Source: Octopus sinensis (taxonomy: Eukaryota). Taken from it: a stretch of DNA of 64,000 bases. A program made the translations under genes and the position numbers. Below the pieces are notes generated by a model. That model was not told where the DNA came from. It did no database searches and saw only the letters and a list, made by a program, of their open reading frames with translations. Location: contig NC_042998.1 in assembly GCF_006345805.1 (NCBI RefSeq), forward strand, positions 1,364,001-1,428,000. The letters run 5' to 3'. Positions 50,460-64,000 of this stretch are shown one piece after another; positions within the stretch are counted from its first letter, which is position 1; the number at the start of each line of letters is the position of its first letter.

Positions 50460-51299
50460 GCTTACACTGTCAATGCCCTCAAGGAAACATTAAAGTCATG
50501 TAGTATCTTTCATAATGAATTCTAATTCACCTCTATAAAATCATTTTTGTTTACTGAGCCTCCTTTATGACTTGTCATGTCTTTTAGCCAGGAATATGCG
50601 TTCTGCTTAAGTAGTTTTTTATGTCACAAAGTTAAAATTTGAACCTCACTTGACTGGAAAATATATTCATGAATTTAATTAGTTTTAAAATCACAAAAGC
50701 AAAAAACATAATAATAGTCTTACATTTTTAAAAACTCAACCGGTGGTTATCTAAGTGAATTGTATTTTGAAAATTATTCAAGAAACATTTGTTACACGTT
50801 ATATTCTTTCCTTTATATCACTGGAACTATTTTTGGTTATAGTTTTCAATACTTGCCATAATGTCACCAGAAGATTATTCACTAGAATAGTTTCTCGATT
50901 TTTTCTGTGAGTAGACATGAAATGAATGTGTTTATAGGAGCGGATAATTCTTGCCACTAGTGACTTTAATAAAAAAAAAACGTATTAAAATATTTACAGA
51001 ATACTTACATACAGGCTTAAGGGTTCAGATTAATAAGACAAAAAAAGAACTAAAACGTTACGACTGACGTTCATAACCTTATTTGAGGAAACCAGCAGCT
51101 AAATATAAATTTTTGCCTTGATCTCATATCTCTGTGAGTTTACGTTTACCCTGCAGTGATTATGGTATTTGAAAAGGCAGAAAAATAGCTTGTGACATAG
51201 AAAGAAGACGACACAAATACGGGTCTGTGTGACGCTCAACGGTTTTTCTTTTAATACTAATAAAATTGAGGGCAGTAAAGTGATGGACAAGGTTTTTGC

Positions 51300-54200
51300 C
51301 ATCATTTCGTTGCGTATATGTATATTAAGAATTAAAATTCCACCAAGATCGATGTAAACTTTTACCCTTACGAGGTCGATAAAACTAGCAGCATCAGTTG
51401 ATTGCTGGATTCGATCTAATCGTCAATACCCATCTATATTGTAAATCAACATCAAATGCATAAGTTACTAATATGAAATTACTTCAACCGGCAGCGGAAG
51501 CCGGTTTGAAGAGACGTGTAATGAACTTACAATGACGACGGAATGTTAATGTTCGGACAAAATCCATTGCAGAATTTATTCCGACTCCCTGCGCTCTGAG
51601 TTCACATCCCACCGAGACCAATTTTATTATTCATTCAGGGCTGATAAATAAACTACCAGTCCAGAGTAGTGGTAGACAGGCGTCAGGCATGATGGTATGC
51701 AGTATTAGCTCGTGCTTTATATTCTTTGGTGGTAAACTTGACTTCTCCCTCGTTTAACACCACCACCAGGTCCTTGAATACGTTTAGTGGATTTCACCCA
51801 GTTGCAAACACTTCAGCTTGACGTCCGCTTTGAAAATAATTTTTTTCATTCTTATAAAAAGTCCCGAACCCATTGAAAAGTATGGGGGGGTTATAGGTGC
51901 TAGTCTTTATTATAAATTGGACGGTTAAAAAAAAAAAGTAGACGTATTTTCAAGATAGGTGGCGACGACATAGTAATTATTCTGAATAAATAATAGAGAC
52001 CCTATGTGATTACTCGACATTCTGGAAATAACAGCTAAATCTCAGTAACAAAGAGCAACAATACCTTACTGTATTAAAAAAAAAGGCTGGGGGAAGAATA
52101 CATGAATACATTGGATAATGGATTTCTAAATACACTATATCGGAAAGTAAGATTTAAAAGAATAAAAAAGATGCGATGGTCCCAGCTGGAACCCCTTTGA
52201 TCATGGGTCTGCTTTATCAGTTCTGCTCTATCACATCTGACCTATAGGGTTAAACAAAAACAATAACAACAACAACATTGAATTTATCAAATTTCCTTCT
52301 TATTTTCCTCAAAGAATGTTTGTTCTCTAGGAAGGACTTGTGGAGTTACAAAATCTGTGGAATTTCAGTTTTTTTATCATAGAATGTGGTGCTGAAAACT
52401 TTGTCACACTATTTGCTCTTTTAGCACCCCTCTTTTTCCCCGACCCTCTCACACACGTGCGCGTGCTGGGTGATTTTCGGGTTATTGCTTTTTTTATGAA
52501 TCACTTATTTACATTGCTTTGTTTGTTTATTTTGTTTGGTCCTTTGATATTTTCGCGAAGTTTGTTTATTCATTTATTTATCTATTTTTTTATTGGTTTC
52601 CTAATTTATTGTTTTTTTTTTGTTATTGCTATCTTTCTTGCTATTGTTATTTGTTATTTTATCACGATAATAATTACTATGGATTGGGAGGATCCTTAGC
52701 GTGTCGGATGAGATGCCATGCGATATTTCCTCCAGTTCAGCACGTTCTGAGATCAAATCCCGCCGAGATCAATTTTGCCTTTCATATTTTCGCGGTCAAT
52801 AAAATAAAATAAAATAAAATAAAATAAAATAAAATAAGTACCAACGAAGTATTGGGGTCACTAGTAGATGTCTTGCAAACAACTTGCACATGCAAGTGCT
52901 ACCAGTCAAAAACTCTGCATACCGGAAGCCAGCAAGTGTATGGGGTCATCGGGAGAGAATGCGCGCCGTTTCGGGGCCTACCTCTCGAGGGCATCAATGC
53001 GCACCGCTCCCCCCCCCCCTCACTGATATGAGGACCCCCGCTTGCTAGATCAGCTGGTTATCAAATAAAGCTCAATATTCTTCTAGTCATCCCTCATCGT
53101 CTCTTTTTAACCAAATCCAGTGGTTAACCTTCTCCACGGTAGACTAACCCCTCGCCTGAAAATTATTAGCGTTATCCCTAAATTAGTCCTTGTTACGGCC
53201 AGCGGCGAAGTGGGAAAACCTTTAACAAGTCGGAAAGTACCTTGTGGTATTTTTCCTGCTTTTTTTTTTTTCTTTCTTTATATTCCGAGTTCAAATCCCA
53301 CCAAGGTCAACTTTGCTTTCATCCTTTCAGGGTCAATGAGATTAAGTACGAGTCAAGCACCGGAGTCGCTGAAATGGGTTAATTCCCTCCCCTCAAAACT
53401 ACAGTGTTTTGTGTCTTTGTCGATTCTTTGTCATAATTGTATTTCCGATGGATTGGCAAAATTGTTACAGAGTCAAACAAAAGGTTCTGCAGTATTTAAA
53501 TACGGCTCTTGGCATTCAACGATCAAATCTGACTGATGTCAACTTTACGTTTTTCTGCTTGTTTTTTTTTTTTGCTTTTTTTTTTTTGCTTTTTTTAATC
53601 TTTTAGCGATCTTTACTATAAGATACTAATCAAGAACTGGGCTAATTTTATTCACTAACTCATTCTCATTCAAACCTAAGGCCTTATGCCTATGCAAGAA
53701 ACTACTACTACTACTACTACTACTACTATTACTATTATTATTATTGCTGTTGTTATTCAATGCTGGCGAACTGACAGAATCGTTACTGCAACGAACAAAA
53801 TGCCTTTAGTTACGGTTCTTTACATTCTGATTTCAAATCTCGACGAGGTCATGTTTGCCTTTTATCCTTCCGGGGTCGATAAATAAAGTACCACTCAAAT
53901 ACAATGGGAAGTGTATTTCGTTGTTTCTCTGCCACCAACTTTCTGGCCTTATGTCTAATATAAGAAACTAAAAACGGCAAATTTGTAGAGAAATTGGACT
54001 GTTGGCTACAGTACTTCAGAGTATTTGTTCTGACGTTCTGGGTTCAAACCCCACTGAGGCCAACACTGTATTTGTGTCTTTCATCTCTGCTGGACCGATA
54101 AAATAACATGGCATTCAAGTAAAGAGATTTCGATCTAATCGACTGAGTCTTCACCCTAAATCTCCGGTCGTCTCTCTCATAATGAAATCCTTGTCAAGGG

Positions 54201-55091
54201 TCGTGGATTGGCAGAACAATCACGTGTCAGATAATACGCTTCGTCATATTTGTTTCGATCTGAGTTCAGATCTCACGCAGGTCAGCTTTGGATCTCATCC
54301 TTTCGGAGGCCTACAAAATAAAATATCAGACTAATAAATCTTAAGTTGTTATAACCAAGCACTGCTATCCCATGTGCTGTTAATTAGAAATTTGGTTTAA
54401 ATTTTGACACAAGGCCAGCAATTACAGGTTTGGGGTTAATCCGATTATAGCAACTCCAGTGCTTAACTGATGCTTCTTTTATCGACCCACAAAGGACCTC
54501 GGCGGAATTTGAACTCAGAATGCCGCCAAGCATTTTGCCCGACGTGCTAATGATTCTTTTCTATTCTAGGCACAAGGCCCGAAATTTTGGGGGAGGGGCC
54601 AGTCGATTAGATCGACCCCAGTACGCAACTTTGCCTTTCATCCTTTTGGGGTCAATATATTAAGAATATAATGACCCCGAAAGGATGAAAGGCAAGGCTG
54701 ACCTCAGCGGAATTTGAACTCAGAACATAGACAGGCGAAATGCCGCTAAGCATTTCGCCCGGCGTGCTAACGTTTCTGCCAGCTCTGCCCTACATGCACT
54801 AGAAATTATTTATAAATTCGTTCAGTTGGCAGGATCGTTCGAGAATCGGAAGAAATAATTTATAGATTTTTATTCCGGCACCAATATTTACTGGAAATAG
54901 CAGTCGATACAAATACGTATATATATACGTCGAACTTCTTTCAGTTTCTCTCTATCGAATTCAATCACAAAGCTTTGGTCGGCCCGAGGATAAAGCACAA
55001 GACACTTGCCCAAGGTGTCACGCAGTGGGATCGAACCTGGAACCATGTGGTTGGGAAGCAAGTTTCTTACCATACAGCCACTCCGGCGCCT
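51300..55091. mobile_element. Cluster of ~10 degenerate SINE family B fragments plus a family A head (54925-55091, -)
   Basis: Recurrent gagttcaaatcc / aggtcaactttgcctttcatcc / gtcgataaa..aagtacca motifs in both orientations. Confidence 0.7.
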
Positions 55092-55299
55092 AATTTTTAA
55101 AAAAGTTTTTCTTTTTTTTATTCATTTTAATGAATAATAATTTTTTTTTTCTATAATTTCATCGACCACAGAAGGGTGAATATCGATATTGGAGACGATG
55201 GGAATTGAACTTGGAATGCAAAGAGTTAGAATGGTGGTAGGAAACAATGAACTTCCGTCTAATCGTCACTCTACTCACTACTCCCTTCCATGACTACCA

Positions 55300-56140
55300 C
55301 TCAGACATTATCACTACCACTACTGCAACCCAAACCACTTATATCACCAGCTCTTCCATCATCATCACTGCTATCACCACAGCACCACTGACACTACTAT
55401 CACCGCCACCACAACCACCAGTACTGCTGCAACTACCACAACTACCATCATTACCACCGCCGCCGCCACCATCACTACCACTATCACTATATTCACCGCC
55501 ACCAACAACGTCAACACTACTATACAACCACTCATACCATCGATGCCAATACTACCATCCTATTATCATCATCATCACCATCATCATCAAGAACACTACC
55601 TCCACCTTCACTCTCACCACTGTTGCCGCCACCATGAACTTTAACACCAACACTCACCACCAACAACAACGCCACCACCACAACTACCAACATCATTACA
55701 ACCAACACCAGCAACACCAACAACAACACCACCTCCACCAACATAATCTACACCATCACCACCACCACCAAAACCACTACAGACACCAACACCAACACCA
55801 ATACCACTACCACCAAAACACCACCAGCACCAACACCGTCACTACCGACACCACCACCACCACCACCACTACCCACCACCATTGTCCTCCACCATCATAA
55901 ATACCATCACTACAACCATCGCTACCACCACCACCACCACCACCGCCATCGCCACCACCATCACAAGTACCATCAACAACTTCACTGTCATAATTATCAT
56001 CTTCACCGTTACCACAGCGATCACCATCACCGAAACCATCAATTTCAACCAAACTCCCGTCACCACCACCACCACCACCTCCCACGCAACCGCTACCATC
56101 GCAAATACCATCACCACCACCACCATCACCGCCGCCTCCG
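55300..56140. repeat. Low-complexity cryptic trinucleotide tract (ACC/ATC/AAC)
   Basis: Direct reading; all frames give Thr/His/Pro/Ile runs. Confidence 0.9.
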
Positions 56141-56529
56141 CCACTTCTATCCCTGTCAGTGCTATCCTTCTTTTCAGTGAATTCTTTCACATATTTTCGG
56201 TATTTTCCATTATTTATTTGTTTGTTATTGAGTCTGGTCTGGTTCATCACCGAAACACCCCACCCCCGCCCCGCAAACGCCCCCCCCCCCATCCACACAC
56301 GCACTATATACGTAGGCACGTGCGGAAATACACGCAAGCACATGCACTCACGTGCGCGCGTACGCGGAGACGCAAACGGGAAAAGCACGCACGAACCGAA
56401 CGCACAGGCGTTTGGATGCGCAGAGGCACGCATTCCCATACACCCGCACTTCGACTGACGCGCACACATTCACACACGTGGGAAGATGTTCCAATACATA
56501 CACATACACACGCGTTCTCTCACGCTCAT

Positions 56530-56850
56530 ATGCACATACATACATACATACATACATACATACATACATGCATACATGCATACATGCATACATACATACA
56601 TACATACATACATACACACATGTATACATACATACATACACACATACATACATACATACATACATACATACATACATACATACATACACACATGTATACA
56701 TACATACATACACACATACATACATACATACATACATACATACATTACATACTTGCATACATACATACATACATGCATACATACATACATACATACATAC
56801 ATTCATACATACATACATACATACATACATACATACATACATACATAAAT
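56530..56850. repeat. (TACA)n microsatellite with higher-order repeat
   Basis: Direct reading; cacatgtatacatacatacatacacac motif recurs ~60 nt apart. Confidence 0.9.
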
Positions 56851-57118
56851 TCCTGTACATACGTACGTATATTCCCACGCGTAATTACATTTACAAACGC
56901 ATACACACACGTGCGCACGTATACATTCATACCTACAAGACATATTCACATGCATGTATGTATGTAAGTGTGTACGTATGTATGTATAAATATTTATATA
57001 TGTTTGTGAATGTATGTTCATATATATATATGTCTTTGTGCGTATCTATGTATATATGCATGTAAGTGCGAATAAATATTTATATGTGTTTGTGTGTGTG
57101 TGTGTGTGTGAATCTGTG

Positions 57119-57165
<47 letters not shown>

Positions 57166-57264
57166 ACACACAAATATATATATATGAGTGTCTATATGCG
57201 TATGTGACTGTAGGTGGTGTGTGCATGTAAGTACGTATGTATATGTACACCCACAAATAAGAAT

Positions 57265-57301
<37 letters not shown>

Positions 57302-58021
57302 GTGTACATATATATAGACACAGATACACACACAAACATATACATATACGCATAAAATACACTCTCCTATACTCATACATACACACACATATGTACAGAT
57401 GCGCGACAAAAGTGACATATATGCCGACTGATGCATGCACACGCATCCGCACAAGTACAATATCCATGCTGACGCACACACACACACACACACACCACAC
57501 ACCACACACACACAACACACACACAAACACACACACACAAGGGAGTGATAGTATTTATAAGACTACCTTATATCAAAGTAATGATTTCGACATCAATGGC
57601 TGCCGAATTAAACCTTAGTCAGACATTTTTGTGGCATATGAAAATATTTTATCTGTATTAAGTATCTAACAGAAAAACAAAATACCCACTAAAAAACAAC
57701 TGGGTGTGTATGTATGTGGGTATGTGTTTGTATGTGTGTGTGTATGCGTGAGCGTGCGTATGCATGTGAACGTGTGTCTATGTAGGTGTGCGTGTGCATG
57801 TAAGTGCATGTGTAAGTATTCGTTCATGTACATACACACGCATATATATGTGTATGTGTATGTGTGTGCGTGTGTGTGTGTGTAACCATATGTACAGACA
57901 GACACAAACACAGATAGATATTTCGTAAATGTATTTGTGTGGGGGGGGCAGTGTCCCTATGTATTTATAGGTATGCATATATATACTGTATATGTATGTA
58001 TGTGTATATATATATATATCT

Positions 58022-58063
<42 letters not shown>

Positions 58064-58232
58064 TATATGCATAGACATCTATGTATGTTTATATATATAT
58101 ATATATATAATATACACAAATATAATATATTCACAAATCTATACACACGTGTAAATGTGTAAACATATGTATATATATATTGCATATATATATATATATT
58201 TATAAACATACACACATATGCGTATACATATG

Positions 58233-58301
<69 letters not shown>

Positions 58302-59017
58302 CTATATACTTAACATACATACGTAGTTATATATGTGTGTATGCATATATATTTTATATATGCATATACACATACATACATACATAAATACATACATACA
58401 TACAAACATATAAAAGCAGCACAATTGTTGACAGTCGTCCTCCTCGCTCTCCCCAACCACTTACAATGAGCAAGATGAAAACTATGCAACGAGCCAATTC
58501 GCAGCAGTGCTGAGGCATTTTTCGTAGGGACAAAGAGGAGATAGCGGCGTATCCTCTCTCTCTATCTCTGCACCTCCCTCTCTACTTCCCTCTCTCTCTC
58601 TATCTCTCTCTCTCTCTCTGACTAAGAATCGACTTGTTATTGAATGCCAGTTGACATCTTCCATCTTATTCTGCCTGACTCATTGCTGGTGTCGCGCTCC
58701 GAGAGACGCGCTCAACTGCATCACTGACGAACGATTCTTTCCTTTCGCTTTTACCTTTGCGTTCGCCCCTCTGACTCCGCCTGCAACGCCCAAGCAACAT
58801 CATTATAGCCCCTTCTTGCCACGTCTGTTCACTCCCACCGTTCTCTTCTCTCTTAAACCTCTCCTTCTCAAACGAACCGACGAACGAACTCTCCCTCTTT
58901 CGCACGCACGTTCGTGCAACGGAGCACGCACGTACGCACGTTGCCTCTTTAATATTTTCATTGTTACAAGTTACACACACACACATCTATACAAACGCAA
59001 GCACACACACTCATACC

Positions 59018-59051
<34 letters not shown>

Positions 59052-59143
59052 CACCCAAAATTATGTATGCAAAAATATGCATGAGGGAATATATACAGGT
59101 ATGTATGTGTGGATATATGTATGCAGGTATGTATACAAGTATG

Positions 59144-59184
<41 letters not shown>

Positions 59185-59281
59185 AAGTATGTATGTATGT
59201 ATGTATGTATGTATGCGTATATATATATATATGTATGTATGTATGTATATGTATGTATGTATATGTATATATATATGCCCT

Positions 59282-59700
59282 TAGGTGTGGCTGTGCGGTA
59301 AGAAGCTTGCTTCCCAACACATGGTTCTAGGTTCTGTCCCACTACATGGCACCTTGGGCTAGTGTCTCAGTCTTGGGCCGACCGAAGCCTTGTGAATGCA
59401 TTTGGGAAACGGGAACTGAAAGAAACTCGTCGTGCATACACACACGCACACATGTATGCATATGTAAATATATATATATTATGTGTGTAAGTGTGTTTGC
59501 GCCTGTGTTTGTCCCCCACCACCGCTTCATAACCGGTGTTGATGTGTTTACGTTCCTGTAAATTAGCGGTTCCGTAAAAGACACCGATAGAATAAGTACT
59601 CAAAAATAAGTTCTGGAATCGAACTGTTCGATTAAAAGCTTTGAAGGCGATGCTCCAGCAAGGCCACAGTCACGTAACTGAAACAAGCAAAAGAGTTAAA
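59282..59700 (+). mobile_element. Full-length SINE family A, diverged
   Basis: gtggctgtgcggtaagaag, ggcaccttggg, tail gaaggcgatgctccagcaaggccacagtcacgtaactgaaac. Confidence 0.85.
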
Positions 59701-59749
59701 GAACATAGATATATGTATATATGTATACGCATATACATATATAAAGATA

Positions 59750-59811
<62 letters not shown>

Positions 59812-60589
59812 CATGTATGTATGTATATATTTATATATATGAATACATTGTCTGATATTAACATGTCACAGAGACAAGCACGTACACATACAAACTTCGC
59901 GTTTGTGTGCCACTTTGTGCTTGTGTGTGTGTGCGTGTGTGTGTGTGTGTGTGCGTGCGTGTGTGTGTGTGTGTGCGTGTGTGTGTGTGTGTGCGTGCGT
60001 GCGTGCGTGTGTGTGTGTGTGTGTGCGTGTGTGTGTGTGTTGTGCGTGCGTGCGTGCGTGCGTGCGTGTGTGTGTGTGTGTGTATACTTTAGTGCTGGTT
60101 TCCGCGTGCGCATTAGTCCATCCAGGAGCTTAATTATAATTTATCCGGTATCTGGCTGTATATGTAAAGCTATTCCACTCTCTCACCCTCTTCCTTTTCA
60201 CAGTCTCTCTCTCTCTATCTTTCTCTCTGTGACTCTTTCTCTCTCGCTCATTCTCTCTTTCTCTCTTACCCTCTCTTTGCATCACCTTCTTTCTGTGTCT
60301 ACACTTTCCATCTCTCCCATTAACATATATGTATGAAACACTATATTTTTCTCTGGGAATATTTATTAACGATGCACCAAAATCAGATTGCAGCCTTGTG
60401 GCATTTCTTCCGCTTCCTGTCTATAATATTCTTCAAACTATCAATCTAAGAATAATTCAAAATTAATGTCATCACCTTCACTATTTTATCCACTTGGCAT
60501 TACTTATTCACCCTGCCTAAAAACAGGAACTGTCTATTGAATTCTGATATTCTTTTAGAGACTAACTTATTTATGTGTATATATGCATG

Positions 60590-60636
<47 letters not shown>

Positions 60637-61074
60637 ATGGATGTGCGTGGGTGTGTATGCGAGTAGGTGTGTGTATATATATGTGTGTGTATATATATAT
60701 ACATATACATGCACGCACGCACGCAAACACATACAAACAGATGTATCACACACATATGCACAAATCGATGCCCACGCGCGCGCATACATATATATATATA
60801 TTTATGTATACATGCTTTGCTAAGGCTAGCAAAAGAATATATACATGTGTGTCTATATATATTATATATACATGTATATATATATATATACATTATATAT
60901 ATATATATATATATATTATATATGCATATGTGTACATATATATATGCTTATATCTATATCTATGTGTATGTATGTTTGTATAAACGTGCGCATGCAGGTA
61001 TGTGTGTATGTATTTTTGATATAGATAGATAGACAGACAGACAGACGGGCAGACAGACAGACAGACAGACACAC

Positions 61075-61104
<30 letters not shown>

Positions 61105-61107
<3 letters not shown>

Positions 61108-61271
61108 TGTTTTCTTTATTAGCCACACAGGGCTGCACGACAATAGAACAAATTACAAGGTAGAGCTTTTCTTTTTGAAGGTTTAAAAAAAAATTAAAAA
61201 TAAAAAATAAAAAAAAAAAATTTAAAAAATAAATAAATAAAAAATAAGAAAAAAAATAAAATAAAATAAAA
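61105..61271 (-). mobile_element. Extreme 3' tip of the Tx1-like family of 9181-10650, inside (GATA)n
   Basis: tatgttttctttattagccacacagggctgcac..atagaacaaattacaaggtagagcttttcttttt gaagg matches 9181-9260; (GATA)n both sides. Confidence 0.9.
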
Positions 61272-61328
<57 letters not shown>

Positions 61329-61927
61329 CTAAAGTGAAATACATGAAAGTATAAAATCCGTTAGTGATAATATATCGTTACTCCGTTTGATATCTAATGG
61401 TGCTGGATCTCTAACTTGAGTTTCAACATATAAGTTGTAAACTTTCCGTAGTTCAATCTCCAGTATTACATCATGGGTTCAACAGTGTGTTAAAAAGTGT
61501 AACTCATTACGTAGACTTTTAAGAGTGAATAGTTATTTTCTTTGGTTTCAGCGTAAACTGAGTGTGAAGGAAATTTTGAATATGCCATTATATGGTAGTA
61601 AATATGGAAATATCAGCGTTGGAATTATGAAGTTATTTGTGGATGTATTATATAATGTATGGTGAATAACGGGTAAGAACCGCGAGCATAAATTGCAGAG
61701 ACGATAGAGAATCAGGGCATCAGGGTGATAATGGATTCAGACCGAAGTGGGAAATAGAGTTTTTACTCCTGCAATTAGTTAAGTATTGGTCAGTTCAGCA
61801 AGTTACTTAGTACATGATTATCGTATGGCGTTTTTGAGTTTTGACTGTTGCTTTGTACTTTACTAATAGTAAGATTTCCATGTTATTTTTCTCATATTTG
61901 TGGAATTTTATACAAAATTTTAAATAT

Positions 61928-62101
61928 AGGCGTAGGAGTGGCTGTGTGGTAAGTAGCTTGTCTATGAACTACATGGTTCCGGGTTCAGTCCCACTGCGTG
62001 GCACCTTGGGCATGTGTCTTCTACTATAGCCTCGAGCCGACCAAAGCCTTGTGAGTGGATTTGGTAGACGGTAAGCCGTCGTATATATGTATATGTATAT
62101 T

Positions 62102-62155
<54 letters not shown>

Positions 62156-62310
62156 CTTGTGTGTCTGTGTTTGTCCCCCCCACCAACATCGCTTGACAAC
62201 CGATGGCGGTATGTTTACGCCCCCGTAACTTAGCGGTTCGGCAAAAAGAGACCGATAGAATAAGTACTACGCTTCCAAAGAATGACTGAAACAAGTAAAA
62301 GAGTAAGAGT
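61928..62310 (+). mobile_element. SINE family A with partial deletions
   Basis: aggcgtaggagtggctgtgtggtaagtagc..ggttcagtcccactgcgtggcaccttggg..atgactgaaacaagtaaaagagtaagag. Confidence 0.85.
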
Positions 62311-62399
62311 ATATATGTTACACCGTAAAATTAAAAGTTATAAACTTCATGTTTCAAACTGTTACAGCGGACACACAAGGACGACTCTCTCTCTCTCTC

Positions 62400-62447
<48 letters not shown>

Positions 62448-62719
62448 CCTCTCTTCACTTGACTTAGGAATTATATCAAGGAATTATTATGTCTCGTAAT
62501 ACAATTCCTGAAATTACACAGAAATACATTAGTTGACAACACTAAAGTTTTAGCTTTATCTTTCAATTACTGGACTGCGGGGAACGCAAACAGATCAACA
62601 CTAGTTGTCAAAGGGTATACTAGTACGGAATATTGAAAAAAAAAAAAGGAAATAAAGTTGATACACATTCGTAATAAAATAATGAATAATACATAATATG
62701 TATGAATAGACGGATGGAG

Positions 62720-64000
62720 GAGAAAAGGAAAAGTTGATAAGGAGGATGTGGGGTCAGAGGGCAGGTGAAGATAGAAGAGCTTCGCCTCTGTAGAGATCGG
62801 CCTATCACACCACCGAGATGCCGCCCTTGACAGCCGTTTTGATGATGTTGTTCAGACGATGAAGGGAGTGGAGAGCGGCGAGTTCGGTCCGGGAGATGTC
62901 GGAGCGTCGCAAATGTCTTCAGAAGTCGAAGTGGTCAACTGCACGGTGACTGTTGTAAATTGACCAAGAGAAGTGAACAAGCCTGGAACTCGACGTTCCG
63001 TGTAATGGTCGGCGGCACAAGTTGGTGAAACAATCAGAGGTAGTTTAGTTGAACGAGTATCACTGTAAAAAAACACCTGTGCAGCGCATAAACCGTTCGA
63101 CTTCAGTAGGGGTCCGGAACACTTCGCGGGTGGATGTGAGCGGTATGAAATTTGGCCTTCTACTAAGAAGAGAAAGCTCGGCTTCGGAAAGAGATATGAG
63201 AAAAGGAAGAGTGACAACAGAGATCGAGAGGATTTGAGGTTGGAGGGGTGTAGGAGGATGAGTGGATCAGTGAAGGAGATGGGATGAGAGTAGAAGTGGT
63301 GTTGGGAAACAGGGGTTGGGTTTGAGGAGGGGATGAATGGGAAGAGGAGGAAAGGACAGGTAGAACAAGAGGAAAGGAGACGGCATGTAGAGGTGAGAAA
63401 GTGAGTACAATTTGCGTGACTTGATGGAGGCGACGAAGATGAAGCGCTGAGAGTTCAGGATAGGGTGAAAGATAAGAGTGATTGAGTGAGGAGAAGTGAG
63501 AAATGGAGGAGAGATAGAGAGGCTGGAGAAGGAGGCGGTGGAGGTGGCGATTTTGTGAAGGTGTGTGGAATGGCGGGTGGAATACATGAAGAGTTGGGAG
63601 GAGCGAAAGAAGATGTATTTAACAGAGACGCAGATTAGATAGGAAGGAAGTGGAGAGGGAAATCGTTAGAAAGAAAGCGAAGATGCAATCAGCGGCTGAG
63701 GAAAGAAACATGGCTGGAGTAATCTGAGGAGAAGCTAGGTTGGGAACAAACAAAATGAGGAGTACCAAGAAAGAGTTCGAGATAGGAGTGCAGGTGGCAG
63801 AGAAAGGTGTGGAAGCTGGGCATGTTGGGAGAGAGGGAACGAGAGAAGAGAAGAAAGAGAAAAGAATAGAAAGAGAGAAAAAGAAGTGAGCTGGTCGCGG
63901 GAGATTGTGTGCAGTGAAAAAAGAAGACATTCGTAAAAGCGTTAAAGTTATATATATTACGTAATGAACACTAAAAGAAGACAATAGGAGAGGGACAGGT
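62720..64000 (-). pseudogene. Penelope-like element, N-terminal region leading into RT, decayed
   Basis: LSEAELSLLSRRPNFIPLT..TEVERFMR..DISRTELAALHSLHRLNNIIKTAVKGG resembles the PLE pattern LS..E.SLLSKGLNF.PT..NLS..E..AL.SL..NIIIKPADKGG. Confidence 0.7.

Noticed and set aside
52950-53010. Hammerhead-like TTGATG..CGAAAC on the minus strand
   Set aside because: A9 and U16.1 are both altered and stem II is ambiguous; too degenerate to claim.
55247-57065. Long ORFs of 217-361 aa resembling mucin or His-rich proteins
   Set aside because: They are built from cryptic trinucleotide and tetranucleotide repeats, are open in several frames on both strands, and show no domain signal.
199-61143. Dozens of ORFs rich in YI, HT, CV, MYVC or poly-Y/I/L/N
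   Set aside because: They are translations of (TA)n, (CA)n, (TACA)n and (TAA)n microsatellites, which lack stops in some frames.
1-64000. CRISPR array, rRNA or genuine tRNA genes
   Set aside because: No repeat-spacer structure and no rRNA similarity seen; tRNA-like A/B boxes all belong to SINE heads with no complete cloverleaf.

Overview
AT-rich, intron/intergenic-like eukaryotic DNA saturated with microsatellites ((TA)n, (TG)n, (TACA)n, (GATA)n, (TAA)n) and transposon debris. The SINE families and microsatellite load suggest an octopus (coleoid cephalopod) genome; this is an inference. Almost all supplied ORFs are microsatellite artefacts. Recognisable coding remnants are retrotransposons and transposons: Tx1/L1-like, CR1-group, RTE, R4/Dong RT-RLE, Penelope-like RT and GIY-YIG, and mariner. 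There are also MITEs with intact TIRs (two with 8-bp TSDs, one with TA), and two short candidate host exons on the minus strand. The most striking unexplained structure is a ~606-bp tandem array at 24085-25796, bounded by (TA)n. Every unit carries a type I hammerhead ribozyme with an intact catalytic core and a palindromic stem III, i.e. a candidate retrozyme/circular-RNA element. Several further solo or degenerate hammerheads are scattered through the window. Retroelements also appear to partition microsatellite targets: (GATA)n vs (TAA)n vs (TA)n. All structures and translations were read by eye; none was confirmed computationally.
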